IMG/VR virus record: IMGVR_UViG_3300043409_001318
Location: 32,001 to 96,000 of that record
DNA length: 64,000 nt
DNA from: a virus
Direction: 5' to 3' (one strand)
This document shows positions 8,705 through 18,352 of this stretch, piece by piece (positions within the stretch are counted from its first letter, which is position 1; each line of letters opens with the position of its first letter). The position numbers and the translations under genes are program-made. The notes under the pieces are model-generated. The model did not search any database. It saw only the letters and a list, made by a program, of their open reading frames with translations, and was not told where the DNA came from.

Positions 8705-11283
8705 TGAACGATAAAAAAGATTACCAAGTATTATGGGAAGGCTTTATTTCCAATAAAAAAATGTTATTGAATGAAATGGAAGGGCAGTATATGAATTTAA
8801 TTTCTAATGCTACTGCCTATGCCGAAAGCCACCCAGAATTACTACCATTCAAAGAAGTGTTTGGTAATGATTTAAGAAAAGTTATTCCATTCCAACAAAA
8901 GAATGTAGATAAAATTGCTTATCTTTTAAGTATATTTAAATTATTTTCAAGAACAACAGAAGGGAAGCAATATTTAGTACCACAAGTTCAACCAACCACC
9001 GTAAAAGTTAAAAGACAACGCCAAGGTGGTGGTGAAACTTACGAACAAGAACAAACCTTAAATCAACTTGTAGCGGTACATACCTTTATAGATCAAATGG
9101 GTAATTCAAAAACAAGAAATTTGACGATTGTTAATAGTCTAAAATTATTAAATGGTGCTTATAAAAAGTATTTAGAAAAGTCAAATCAAGATCCAAATTC
9201 TGTAAATGTCTCCCAATTTACTATATTAAAAGTATTAGATACTATACCAAGAATGATAGATTGGTGGCAGAAAAATCAATCAAAAATTAATCAAGATCCA
9301 GAAATAGCACAATTATCAAAAGATCTTTCTGACGATATGAGCCAAGAAGCTTGGAAAATGTTTGATACGATTGATGAAAATGAAGGTGCTGGCGAGATAA
9401 CTTCTAAATATTCTATTGTTCTTTCAAGAGTTCCTGTTGATGTGTTAAGAATGTCGGACCATGAAGGGATTAGTTCATGCCATTCTCAACCAAAGAACTA
9501 TGGATCAAATGGATACTTTTATTGTGCTATAGCAGAAGCACAAAATCAAGGTGCTATTGCTTATGTTGTTAATACAGAAGATTTGGAGAATATAGATTTA
9601 AAATCAAAGGAAATCTTTGTAGACCGTGAAAGATCAATAGGAGGAATTAGACCATTATCTCGTATTCGTCTTAGAACTTTAAAAGATACTTCCACAGATC
9701 AAACTATTGCTGTTCCAGAACAAAAGATATATGGTTTATTAATTAATGGTTTTCAAGAATTTATAGATAAATATACGGCTCAATCTCAAAAAGAAATGTT
9801 TGTAGAGCAAGACGAAGATGGAACAAAACAATTAAAACTTCCAATACAAAGAAATCTTACTTATGTTGGTGGTTCTTGGCAAGATAGTCAAATAGGTAGA
9901 AACTTTAAAAGAATGTTAGATTATATAACTGGTTTAGGTGAAGTTAAACCAACCGAAGAACAAAAATTATTGATTAATGATTTTGCTGCGATAAGTGTTA
10001 GATACTCTGGAAATGATACTCAATACGAAGATGATGATGAAGATTATGATGAAGACAATAATGATGAAGACGATCAAAGAGAAGCAGCAGAACAAGAATA
10101 TTACGATCAAATAAGACGAGGAGCTTTTAATACAGATAATTCTTTTATATTTAGAAGTTCTAATTTTAATTGGGTTTGGGGTGAGGGAGTTGAACTAAAA
10201 CTTGTAGCATATACAAAAATTCCAATAGAAACATCTTCATTAAGTAAGAAATATTTTGTTAACGGAGAAGTAGATACAGAAACATTATGTAGTGATATTT
10301 TATCCGCAATAGTAGATAAAGCAGATAAATCTGAAGTAAAAGTTCAACTTGATTACCCAGACGTTGCTATTGATGAAAGTGAAACATATATACAAGGCGA
10401 TAAAGATGATAAATATTTAACACTTAATTTATTTTATATTGAAGATGATATATCAGATATAGGAACATTTGGTTCTCACATATCGGACTTTATCCAATTT
10501 TATAATTCAATAGATAGTTTAGAAGATATATTAAAAGTCTATTTAATAGATAATGGTATTATTAGTGATGGAACATTTAGTATAAGTCAAAGAATAGCAA
10601 ACTTAAAAAATTCTTTTGATCGTGATAAACAAAGAAACTTTACTTATATTGGTGGTGATAAATTTGAGTTTCGTCCTATAACTAATACACAACTTGTTGA
10701 TAGTTCTAAAACTGGAGTATTGTTAACAAAAATTAATGTAGAAGATTATAGAGATATTCGTCATAATTTTGATAGTAGTTTTAATGAAGATATAGTAAGA
10801 TCTTTTGTTAGGGAACAAGAGAAAACACTATCAAGTGCCTATAATAGTTTACAACGAAATTTATTCGATAATATACCAGCTAATTATTTATCTGAATTTA
10901 CAGAACAGGAAAAATTTTCTTTCCTTGGTATTACTGGTGCTTTTAGTGTTGAACTTAAATTTGTTTATATGACCGAAGATATGAAAACAGCAATAGTAAT
11001 GAAAGATAGCGAAGAAGCTAAAATAGTTGGTATTTATGCGGTTCCTGTTATAACAATTGATAGTAAGAAATCACCAGAAGCATTATTGGGACTTATAAAT
11101 TATATGTATATGGTTGATGAAGACCCAGAACAATTTATAGATTTATTATACCTCTCATTTAAGATAGCAGCAAGTCAATATTCTGATCTTAATAATGCTA
11201 TTTCTAAATTGACTGAAAGAAGAAAAAGAGTTATTAAAGAAAGGCTGAAGAATTGGTATAGAAAGAATAAAGGAATTATTTAA
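8704..11283 (+). CDS. large unknown protein, paralogue 2
   Basis: Same core; TAATG translational coupling. Confidence 0.9.
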   Translation: MNDKKDYQVLWEGFISNKKMLLNEMEGQYMNLISNATAYAESHPELLPFKEVFGNDLRKVIPFQQKNVDKIAYLLSIFKLFSRTTEGKQYLVPQVQPTTVKVKRQRQGGGETYEQEQTLNQLVAVHTFIDQMGNSKTRNLTIVNSLKLLNGAYKKYLEKSNQDPNSVNVSQFTILKVLDTIPRMIDWWQKNQSKINQDPEIAQLSKDLSDDMSQEAWKMFDTIDENEGAGEITSKYSIVLSRVPVDVLRMSDHEGISSCHSQPKNYGSNGYFYCAIAEAQNQGAIAYVVNTEDLENIDLKSKEIFVDRERSIGGIRPLSRIRLRTLKDTSTDQTIAVPEQKIYGLLINGFQEFIDKYTAQSQKEMFVEQDEDGTKQLKLPIQRNLTYVGGSWQDSQIGRNFKRMLDYITGLGEVKPTEEQKLLINDFAAISVRYSGNDTQYEDDDEDYDEDNNDEDDQREAAEQEYYDQIRRGAFNTDNSFIFRSSNFNWVWGEGVELKLVAYTKIPIETSSLSKKYFVNGEVDTETLCSDILSAIVDKADKSEVKVQLDYPDVAIDESETYIQGDKDDKYLTLNLFYIEDDISDIGTFGSHISDFIQFYNSIDSLEDILKVYLIDNGIISDGTFSISQRIANLKNSFDRDKQRNFTYIGGDKFEFRPITNTQLVDSSKTGVLLTKINVEDYRDIRHNFDSSFNEDIVRSFVREQEKTLSSAYNSLQRNLFDNIPANYLSEFTEQEKFSFLGITGAFSVELKFVYMTEDMKTAIVMKDSEEAKIVGIYAVPVITIDSKKSPEALLGLINYMYMVDEDPEQFIDLLYLSFKIAASQYSDLNNAISKLTERRKRVIKERLKNWYRKNKGII

Positions 11284-14108
11284 TGTCGAAGAACACTCAT
11301 CATTATAACTGGAATTTGTGGTCAAGCAAGAACAAAAAGTTAACAGAAAGAAAGAAAGTTTTGTTAAAAGAGATGGACGAGCAGTTTATTGATATGATAG
11401 AACCAGCTATTATTGCTGCTGGTTCGGGAGCAAATAAAAACTTTGCTCCTTATTTTAATAACAAGAATAGACTTGTAATTAATTATGATGAATCAAAAGT
11501 TAATTATATTGCTACATTAGGCGCATTATGTAGTAATTACATTAAAGAAACAATAGCAAGACAATCCAAATCTTATCAAGCTACTGATGTTTATAAACAA
11601 GATAGACAACAAGTAGATGATATATTAGCAAAAGTAAGAGAGGATGATCCCCACTCTCATTACAGAGAAGAAAGGTTATTTGGTTATGTGAGATATCCAG
11701 TATTAGATTCTATTAACTTTAATATATCACAAAAAGAAACTATACAAACTGGTGTGGGCGTTGGTGGTGTTGGAACAATAGAGAAAAAAATAACTATATA
11801 TGAACCTGTTCTTGAATATAAAGTCACTAAACCAATATTAATTGGAAGTGAAAAGTATTCAGATCTAAATAGACAAAGCACTACTACTTTTGTTTCTACT
11901 TTTGGAGAAATTCTTAACAGGAATAAAGAAAAAGAATTGTTTAATGAATGGAATGGAGCAAAAGGTATAAGTTCACTTAGAGAAAGTATTTGTCAAGATG
12001 GTGAGGTTGTTAAACAAGCTAAAAAAGAATTTCTTAAAATAAATGAAAGTACAGAAACTTTAAAATTATCATTAAGTAAAAGTTTAGAAGCAAAAGCAAG
12101 TGAATATTCTATTGTTATTTCAAGAGCACCTATCGATGTTTTAAGAATGTCCGACTTTGTTGGTATGGAGTCATGCCATTCTACTGGTCGTGAATATTTT
12201 TATTGTGCTCTTGCTGAATCAAGAAATCAAGGGGCTGTTGCTTATCTTGTAAAGACAGAAGATCTTAAAAAAGTAAATCTAAATGATGAAGAAATATTTA
12301 ATGACCGTCAAAGAAGGGTAGGAGGTATAAATCCAATATCAAGAGTTAGACTTAGAAGAATTTATGATGAAGCATTGAAAAGCGATTATATGGTTGTAGA
12401 AGACGCAATTTATGGTTCCAGAAAAGCTTTCTTTGTTGATACAATAAAAAAATGGGCTTCAAATATTCAAAAAGATGTGTTTGCTTTGGGAAACACACCA
12501 GAAGATATTTATATTCCAGATCCAGATGATATAACTTTAAAGGGTGGAAGTTATACTGACTTGGACCAAAGTGGTTTAGCAAAAGAAATAAGAGATATTA
12601 TTTCTAATTCTATTAAATTAAAATTTGGAAATGAGGTATTAGAACAATATAAAACACAAATTGAATCAATTCGATATATTCAATATACAGGTCAAGAAAA
12701 TGAAAATGAATTAAGTACAGATTGTAGTGATGCTGAAAACCTTAAAGATAGTTGGGAAGACACGGTAAGTAGAGTAGGATATGTTAGTAGTGTTGCGTTT
12801 GATGTAATTTGTAATGGTAGTGGTTTAGATCGTATAGAAATGAATATTGAATTAGAAAGTATTGTAATTGGTAATGGTGAAGAATATAATAATAAGAAAC
12901 GTCGTTTTAATATGACGAAAGTAAAAGAATTATTACAAGGTGGTCATTACCATACTTCATATAGAACCGATGCGATGTTAACAGAAAAGTTGGAAAAATA
13001 CTTTAATAAAATTCCTCACTTTAAAGATCTGGTAGGATATGATGTTGAAGGAAATGTTGTTATAAGTGATGATAGAATAGAGTATACAATAAAATTTATA
13101 GGTAATTATCCAACCTCAAGTGAAGCAGAATATTTATCCGGTAGATTTTATAATGTATTAAAGAAATATGATCTTTATGAATTTGAAGAAGTTTGTTTAG
13201 AATTTGCTGAAGAAATGGGATTGCTTGAAGACCAACCATTTGATATAGCAAACGAATATTCCTTAGAAAAATTTGCTGAAGATCTTTTTAAATCAAGAAA
13301 TCATTTTAGATATAATGAAGGAGAAAGTGAAGAAGGTACAAAAGACGTATATTCTTTAATGGGAAATCCAGAAGGACAAGGACCATCTACAAACAATTCT
13401 CCAATAATAGGAATTATTCCATTTGAATATGAACTTAGAGAGAAGTTTATGGAACTATTCCAATATGGCTCTACTAACTTTCAAGTTTCTTTTAGAAATA
13501 AATTTAGTAATAAAATGTATAAATTAAATTCTTCTGTTGATGAACTTGCTTTACCAAGAGAATATAGTAGTAGACAATATCAAATTCCTATGGGTAAACA
13601 AGGAGACTACGGAAAAGCACTAAGAGCCGTAGCACCATCAGCAAGGATGCCGGATGATGAAAGCTTAAGCATTGTTTTAACTGCTGGAGAAGAAAATACA
13701 TTCCAACAAGCACGAAATACAAAACAAATTGAAGTTAAATTATTGTTAGACATACACATAAATGAAGAAATGCAGTCCGAAAACGAAATTATGAGTACCA
13801 TGAACTTTATGGATATATATGGTGGCGAGAAGTATGATGAACTTATAGGCTTAGCCACAGAAGCATTTAAAGAAGCTTGGAAACAATTTGGATTTGAGAT
13901 GGATAGACTTATTTCTAAATTAAGTGAACCAAAACAAAAGAAACCAGATGATTTTTCTTCATTAGAAGCTGGTGTTCAAACAGGTAATCTTCCGCTTTAT
14001 ACTATGAAGTCTGTTGAACAACCAGAAGATAAGAACGAAGCAAAGAAGAATAAGAAACTACTTATTAATGAAAGATTTAAGCGTTTGCTAAGGAACATGA
14101 AAAAATGA
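11283..14108 (+). CDS. large unknown protein, paralogue 3
   Basis: Same core; TAATG coupling. Confidence 0.9.
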   Translation: MSKNTHHYNWNLWSSKNKKLTERKKVLLKEMDEQFIDMIEPAIIAAGSGANKNFAPYFNNKNRLVINYDESKVNYIATLGALCSNYIKETIARQSKSYQATDVYKQDRQQVDDILAKVREDDPHSHYREERLFGYVRYPVLDSINFNISQKETIQTGVGVGGVGTIEKKITIYEPVLEYKVTKPILIGSEKYSDLNRQSTTTFVSTFGEILNRNKEKELFNEWNGAKGISSLRESICQDGEVVKQAKKEFLKINESTETLKLSLSKSLEAKASEYSIVISRAPIDVLRMSDFVGMESCHSTGREYFYCALAESRNQGAVAYLVKTEDLKKVNLNDEEIFNDRQRRVGGINPISRVRLRRIYDEALKSDYMVVEDAIYGSRKAFFVDTIKKWASNIQKDVFALGNTPEDIYIPDPDDITLKGGSYTDLDQSGLAKEIRDIISNSIKLKFGNEVLEQYKTQIESIRYIQYTGQENENELSTDCSDAENLKDSWEDTVSRVGYVSSVAFDVICNGSGLDRIEMNIELESIVIGNGEEYNNKKRRFNMTKVKELLQGGHYHTSYRTDAMLTEKLEKYFNKIPHFKDLVGYDVEGNVVISDDRIEYTIKFIGNYPTSSEAEYLSGRFYNVLKKYDLYEFEEVCLEFAEEMGLLEDQPFDIANEYSLEKFAEDLFKSRNHFRYNEGESEEGTKDVYSLMGNPEGQGPSTNNSPIIGIIPFEYELREKFMELFQYGSTNFQVSFRNKFSNKMYKLNSSVDELALPREYSSRQYQIPMGKQGDYGKALRAVAPSARMPDDESLSIVLTAGEENTFQQARNTKQIEVKLLLDIHINEEMQSENEIMSTMNFMDIYGGEKYDELIGLATEAFKEAWKQFGFEMDRLISKLSEPKQKKPDDFSSLEAGVQTGNLPLYTMKSVEQPEDKNEAKKNKKLLINERFKRLLRNMKK

Positions 14109-14950
14109 TAATGGAAAGCATATTAAATAATTGGAAAGGCTTTCTCAAAGAAGGCTTTACAGAAGAAGGAACCCCAGACCTTAAATACTATGCTTTCGAT
14201 TGGGATGATAATATAGCCTTTATGCCTACCAAAATTATTCTTCTTGATACAGAGGGTAATGAAGTAGGGATGGCTACCGATCATTTTGCGGAGTATAGAA
14301 CAGAGATAGGTAAGAAAGAGTTTGAATATGAGGGGCACACAATAAAAGACTTTGCTCCATTCCCATTTAGAAATTTTAGAGTTGAAGGTGATACTCAATT
14401 CTTACAAGACGTTATGACTGCTAAATTAGGACCATCATTTCCAGACTTTAAAGAATGTGTTGAAGGTGCTTCTATATTTGCTATAATTACAGCAAGAGGT
14501 CATAATCCAGAAACTCTTAAAGAAGCTTGTAAAAAGTATATTCTTTCTGGTTATGGTGGAATTAATACAGAACAAGTTATATCAAATATTAAAAAATATA
14601 ATGAATTGTATAAATCTTCTGGCTCAACAGATAATTCTAAATTAGTAGATGATTATTTACAAATTTGTAAATTTCATCCTGTAACGTTTGGAGAAGGAAG
14701 CGCAGCAAACCCAGAGCAATTAAAAGTAGTTGCTTTAAATAACTTTATTCAATATGTTAATACAGAAGTAAAGAAAGTTAAAAAACACGCTCAAAAAGGT
14801 TCTAAAATTAAAATAGGTTTCTCCGACGATGATTTCAAGAATATTGAAGCGATGATATCTCACTTTGGGTCAAGAGACGAAAAAGGTAAATTTAAAGCTG
14901 GACGACCACAATCATTAAAGATAAAGTATACAGGCAAACCCCGTGGATAA
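14105..14950 (+). CDS. HAD-superfamily phosphatase (RNA-repair-associated HAD-like)
   Basis: FDWDD motif I, ITARGH motif II, GFSDDD motif IV; ILNNWKGFLKE leader. Confidence 0.8.
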   Translation: MIMESILNNWKGFLKEGFTEEGTPDLKYYAFDWDDNIAFMPTKIILLDTEGNEVGMATDHFAEYRTEIGKKEFEYEGHTIKDFAPFPFRNFRVEGDTQFLQDVMTAKLGPSFPDFKECVEGASIFAIITARGHNPETLKEACKKYILSGYGGINTEQVISNIKKYNELYKSSGSTDNSKLVDDYLQICKFHPVTFGEGSAANPEQLKVVALNNFIQYVNTEVKKVKKHAQKGSKIKIGFSDDDFKNIEAMISHFGSRDEKGKFKAGRPQSLKIKYTGKPRG

Positions 14951-15146
14951 GGATAAGCAAATCCAATTACTTCAAAATAAAATAAAGTTGTTAGAGGATT
15001 TGCTTACTGAGTCAAATGAAGAATGTAAATTACTTTGGGATTATTTGGATGAAGTAAGGGAAAATGAAAAAGCCCTTATGAAAGAAATACAAATTGCCGT
15101 AGATCACTATATTGTGACTAAAATGAAACCTGTTGGTGACGCTTAA
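14943..15146 (+). CDS. small coiled-coil protein
   Basis: GTG start overlapping upstream stop. Confidence 0.65.
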   Translation: MDKDKQIQLLQNKIKLLEDLLTESNEECKLLWDYLDEVRENEKALMKEIQIAVDHYIVTKMKPVGDA

Positions 15147-15221
15147 ATAACTTTGTCTAACTTTGTCTATGCTTTTACCCTCTTATCAAAACTAATTACT
15201 TTCCTATGGGGGTAATATGAA

Positions 15222-15551
15222 TTGTCTAAACATAAGAAAAGAGGTATACAGGTAGGTGACCCTGTAAAACTAAAAATAAGCAGATCATCAAGACCACCAA
15301 GAAGAGTGGAAACCCCAGAAGAATTAGGGATAGGAACCGTTGTTGAAAAACTAACAGGACTTTTTCTATATCCTCACGAAAAAAATATTATATTTGAATA
15401 TGATAGCGAATTAGATCCTAATTATATTAGTTATAAAAGTTCCAAAGAAAAAGAAGTAGAACAAACTTCAATATGTAAAGTTTATTGGTTTGGAATAGAT
15501 AAAGACAAATGGGAATATGAAAAAGATTTAGAAGTCTTGACGGATAACTGA
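15222..15551 (+). CDS. SH3/KOW-like protein
   Basis: IQVGDPV motif; ACTAATTA at 15191-15198 upstream. Confidence 0.7.
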   Translation: MSKHKKRGIQVGDPVKLKISRSSRPPRRVETPEELGIGTVVEKLTGLFLYPHEKNIIFEYDSELDPNYISYKSSKEKEVEQTSICKVYWFGIDKDKWEYEKDLEVLTDN

Positions 15552-15564
15552 AAGGGGTTAAAGT
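15537..15564 (+). promoter_or_regulatory. sigma70-like early promoter
   Basis: TTGACG-16 nt-TAAAGT, embedded in the end of the upstream ORF. Confidence 0.7.
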
Positions 15565-15599
15565 GTGGCTATGGAAAAGACTACAAGAAGCACTCAAAA

Positions 15600-15721
15600 G
15601 GGCTCTGCTCGTCGGGAACACTTTAAGAGGGGCAATACCCCATCTATGTGGAGAGGTTCAGCCAAGACCTTTACAGATAGGCGCAAGCAGGATAATAGAA
15701 ACAAGTGTCGTCGCAGAGGCC
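15600..15721 (+). ncRNA. candidate structured leader or small RNA
   Basis: GC-rich; CTCTGC/GCAGAG and ACACTT/AAGTGT nested pairings with internal hairpins. Confidence 0.4.
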
Positions 15722-15730
15722 AAGAAAGAA

Positions 15731-15979
15731 ATGAAGATATTTAGAACAGGTGATCTTGTAAGAACAATAGGTCATTGGGATGGTTGGGTTACCCTTGGAA
15801 TTGCTTATAGTTATGAAGATTGGTTAGAAGCTTCAAAAGAACAAGACAGCGAACACAATAGGCGTTATGTGTATATACAAACCATTTCGGGCAAGCAAGT
15901 AGAAAAACACCCAGAGTCCGGTTATGAATTAGGTGGGTTTTACCCAGATAATCTTGAAAGAATTTCCACAACGGAGTAA
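15731..15979 (+). CDS. SH3/KOW-like protein
   Basis: MKIFRTGDLV; start moved from 15563 to ATG 15731. Confidence 0.7.
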   Translation: MKIFRTGDLVRTIGHWDGWVTLGIAYSYEDWLEASKEQDSEHNRRYVYIQTISGKQVEKHPESGYELGGFYPDNLERISTTE

Positions 15980-15981
15980 AA

Positions 15982-16107
15982 ATGGAAAAGAAGATGCGCG
16001 GATCTTATGTAGATGGTTCTTATGTTCCAGCACAAGAGGAGCAGGTAGTTGTTAAGGTTATTAGTCTTAAAAATCCAAAGACGCTTGACAATAAAGATAA
16101 GAAGTAA
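15982..16107 (+). CDS. 41-aa hypothetical protein
   Basis: GGAG RBS; MEKKMRGSYV...TLDNKDKK. Confidence 0.55.
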   Translation: MEKKMRGSYVDGSYVPAQEEQVVVKVISLKNPKTLDNKDKK

Positions 16108-16116
16108 TAAGAGGGA

Positions 16117-16575
16117 TTGATGGAAAGAGAAGAATGGAAAAGTAATTTCACAGAAGAAATGAGAGAATATTTTTATCGTGCTCTCTTTTTCCATAAGAAG
16201 GACCATAGAAATAAGAAGAATTCACTTAACAGAATTGTATATAAATATATAATTCCTAAACATGAATTAGAAAACATAGAATATTATAGTATAATCCCAA
16301 CTGAAGGCGAATATAAAAGAGTAATAACAAATCGTAATTTTGTTAAATACTGCGAAAGAAGAAACAAAAGATTTAATGTTGGCGATTTGGTTTGGTATAT
16401 GTTACACTATGGTCCAAGTAAAGAACGTGTCGCTATCGTTACAAATATACGAGATTATTCAAGTGGTTGGATATACACCATTAAATATATTGCTAATGGT
16501 GATGAAGTATCAGTATCCTCCGATGGAGTTATAGGTGTTGAAGCCAGAAATCTTGATAAAGAAAATGACTATTAG
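16117..16575 (+). CDS. hypothetical protein with C-terminal SH3/KOW-like domain
   Basis: RFNVGDLVWY. Confidence 0.75.
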   Translation: MMEREEWKSNFTEEMREYFYRALFFHKKDHRNKKNSLNRIVYKYIIPKHELENIEYYSIIPTEGEYKRVITNRNFVKYCERRNKRFNVGDLVWYMLHYGPSKERVAIVTNIRDYSSGWIYTIKYIANGDEVSVSSDGVIGVEARNLDKENDY

Positions 16576-16582
16576 AAACTCC

Positions 16583-16610
16583 TTGACTTTGTTAATAAAA
16601 GTGTTATATA
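16583..16610 (+). promoter_or_regulatory. sigma70-like promoter
   Basis: TTGACT-16 nt-TATATA (TATAAT at 16609-16614). Confidence 0.7.
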
Positions 16611-16651
16611 TAATTGTTGGCTATTTGATAGGTTTGGCTTATAGAGGTTTT

Positions 16652-16881
16652 GTGGGTTAGGGATTAGATAGACTTTAAATATATATTTGTTTAGGTTGTA
16701 GGCTACTATCAACCTTGTTACCTCCAAACACTAGGTTTAAATCTAAGGGATTACCTATTAATTCCTGTTTGACGATTTAAACTGAAGTTGGGTTTGTGTG
16801 GAAGGGCAGTAACGTAAATTAGAATGTAGCTAGTCCGAGAGTAACAAAGATACTCTTACTTTTATCTAATCCCTAATCCAT
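16652..16881 (+). ncRNA. unannotated ~230-nt structured RNA (6S-like architecture)
   Basis: About 21-bp closing helix 16652-16672/16861-16881 plus several nested stems; no ORF; own promoter. Confidence 0.7.
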
Positions 16882-16900
16882 TTTACTACATGAGGTTTAA

Positions 16901-17425
16901 ATGCTGGAAGTTATTTGTGGTGGAATGTTTGCCGGTAAATCCGAACTTCTTATCCAAAGACTAAATCGAGCTGGATATGCGAAGAAGAATATTATTGCTT
17001 TTAAGCCAGCAATAGATAATCGATATTCAATAACCGAAATTGCTTCTCATTCGGGACATACCTATAAATCAGTAGCAGTTAAATCGGCTACTGATATTAC
17101 CGATTACATTACAAATGATATTGATGTAATTGGAATTGATGAAGCACAATTCTTTGATGATTATATTATTGAACTTGTTGAGATATTATCCAGCAAAGTT
17201 GATATTTATGTAGCAGGATTAGATTTAGATAGTGCTGGTAAGCCGTTTGGTAGTATGCCTTACTTGCTTGCTATCGCTGATAAGGTTACTAAGGTATCTG
17301 CCGTCTGTATGAAGTGTGGTGCTGATGCTACACGTTCTCAAAGACTTGTTGATAGTAAAGAACAGGTTATGGTAGGAGCAAATGGAACCTATGAAGCAAG
17401 ATGCCGAAAGTGTTGGACCCCCTAA
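16901..17425 (+). CDS. tdk: thymidine kinase
   Basis: GGMFAGKS Walker A, IDEAQF, GLDLD, C..CG and YEARCRKC zinc motifs. Confidence 0.97.
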   Translation: MLEVICGGMFAGKSELLIQRLNRAGYAKKNIIAFKPAIDNRYSITEIASHSGHTYKSVAVKSATDITDYITNDIDVIGIDEAQFFDDYIIELVEILSSKVDIYVAGLDLDSAGKPFGSMPYLLAIADKVTKVSAVCMKCGADATRSQRLVDSKEQVMVGANGTYEARCRKCWTP

Positions 17426-17639
17426 ATATTCTCTTGGTCAAATAGTTGTAGCAGATCTTTCACTTGATAAGGTTATTGGTTATGTTATTGAAGTCCAAGA
17501 AGATAACTTTGGAAACTTTAATGGATGGTATAAAATATATGATCTTTATGCTGGAACATTTCCTCCACAATTTGAAGCAAAAGAGGATTGGATAGAAACC
17601 TATGAAGAATTTTCAGATCGGAGACATTCTAAAATATAA
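17382..17639 (+). CDS. small SH3/KOW-like protein
   Basis: KYSLGQIV. Confidence 0.65.
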   Translation: MEPMKQDAESVGPPKYSLGQIVVADLSLDKVIGYVIEVQEDNFGNFNGWYKIYDLYAGTFPPQFEAKEDWIETYEEFSDRRHSKI

Positions 17640-17817
17640 TAAGGGAGAGTATATTATTAATTACTTTCTTGTTGTTAATAGAACAGAAATCAAATCTAAT
17701 CTTCATCATGCTGGATATCTTGTCGAGTATAAGATAAAGAACATGGAAACAGATGGAATTAATATTATATTTAGTGATGATAAAGTTATAAGCAGATTTG
17801 TGAGGCAAAATGAATAA
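17602..17817 (+). CDS. small SH3/KOW-like protein
   Basis: FQIGDIL. Confidence 0.7.
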   Translation: MKNFQIGDILKYNKGEYIINYFLVVNRTEIKSNLHHAGYLVEYKIKNMETDGINIIFSDDKVISRFVRQNE

Positions 17818-18013
17818 TCAAATTAAACTTGGTGATATCGTTCATGTTGCGATGAACCCGGATATTATGGCTTACGTCACAGATATTCGTAGTCAAAAAG
17901 ATACACAAGAAGCATTTAAAAATCTATACTATGTTGAGTTTTTTAGTGGTCCCCTTACAGAAGGAAAGCATGTAACTTATTATTATGCTCACGAAATTAG
18001 AAAGGTTACTTAA
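17810..18013 (+). CDS. small SH3/KOW-like protein
   Basis: IKLGDIV; ends RKVT. Confidence 0.7.
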   Translation: MNNQIKLGDIVHVAMNPDIMAYVTDIRSQKDTQEAFKNLYYVEFFSGPLTEGKHVTYYYAHEIRKVT

Positions 18014-18303
18014 TGCGCTGGAGATATGGAATAATTAAAGATACAAAAAAGCATAAATCAAAAGAATACACAGAATATTTTATTGGTGAAGTATATTATA
18101 CTGATGATCCAAATAAAGCAACAATGTGTTCCGGTGAAGGATATTTCCCCAGCATTGAAGAAGAAGCAATACCTCAAACAGAAGAACAAATTATTGAAGG
18201 ATTTAAGAAAGAAATCCAAAAGATTTTAAATGATATTGAAGGCAACAAAATAATTGATGCTGATGGTCCATTTGATAGATTGAAGAAGAAAGAAAGACCT
18301 TGA
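18013..18303 (+). CDS. hypothetical protein
   Basis: TAATG coupling. Confidence 0.7.
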   Translation: MRWRYGIIKDTKKHKSKEYTEYFIGEVYYTDDPNKATMCSGEGYFPSIEEEAIPQTEEQIIEGFKKEIQKILNDIEGNKIIDADGPFDRLKKKERP

Positions 18304-18352
18304 CGATCTCTCTAAACTGATTAAGTAGAAGAAGAAGGAGAAAGAAAATGAC
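18298..18352 (+). repeat. 55-bp promoter+RBS cassette, copy 1
   Basis: 54/55 identical to 32142-32196. Confidence 0.95.

Noticed and set aside
15148-15172. Short tandem repeat AACTTTGTCTA x2
   Set aside because: Two copies only, with no context suggesting function.
16652-16881. RNase P RNA, tmRNA or group I intron identity for the structured RNA
   Set aside because: No GAGGAAAGUCC core, no tRNA-like CCA end or tag ORF, and it does not interrupt a gene.
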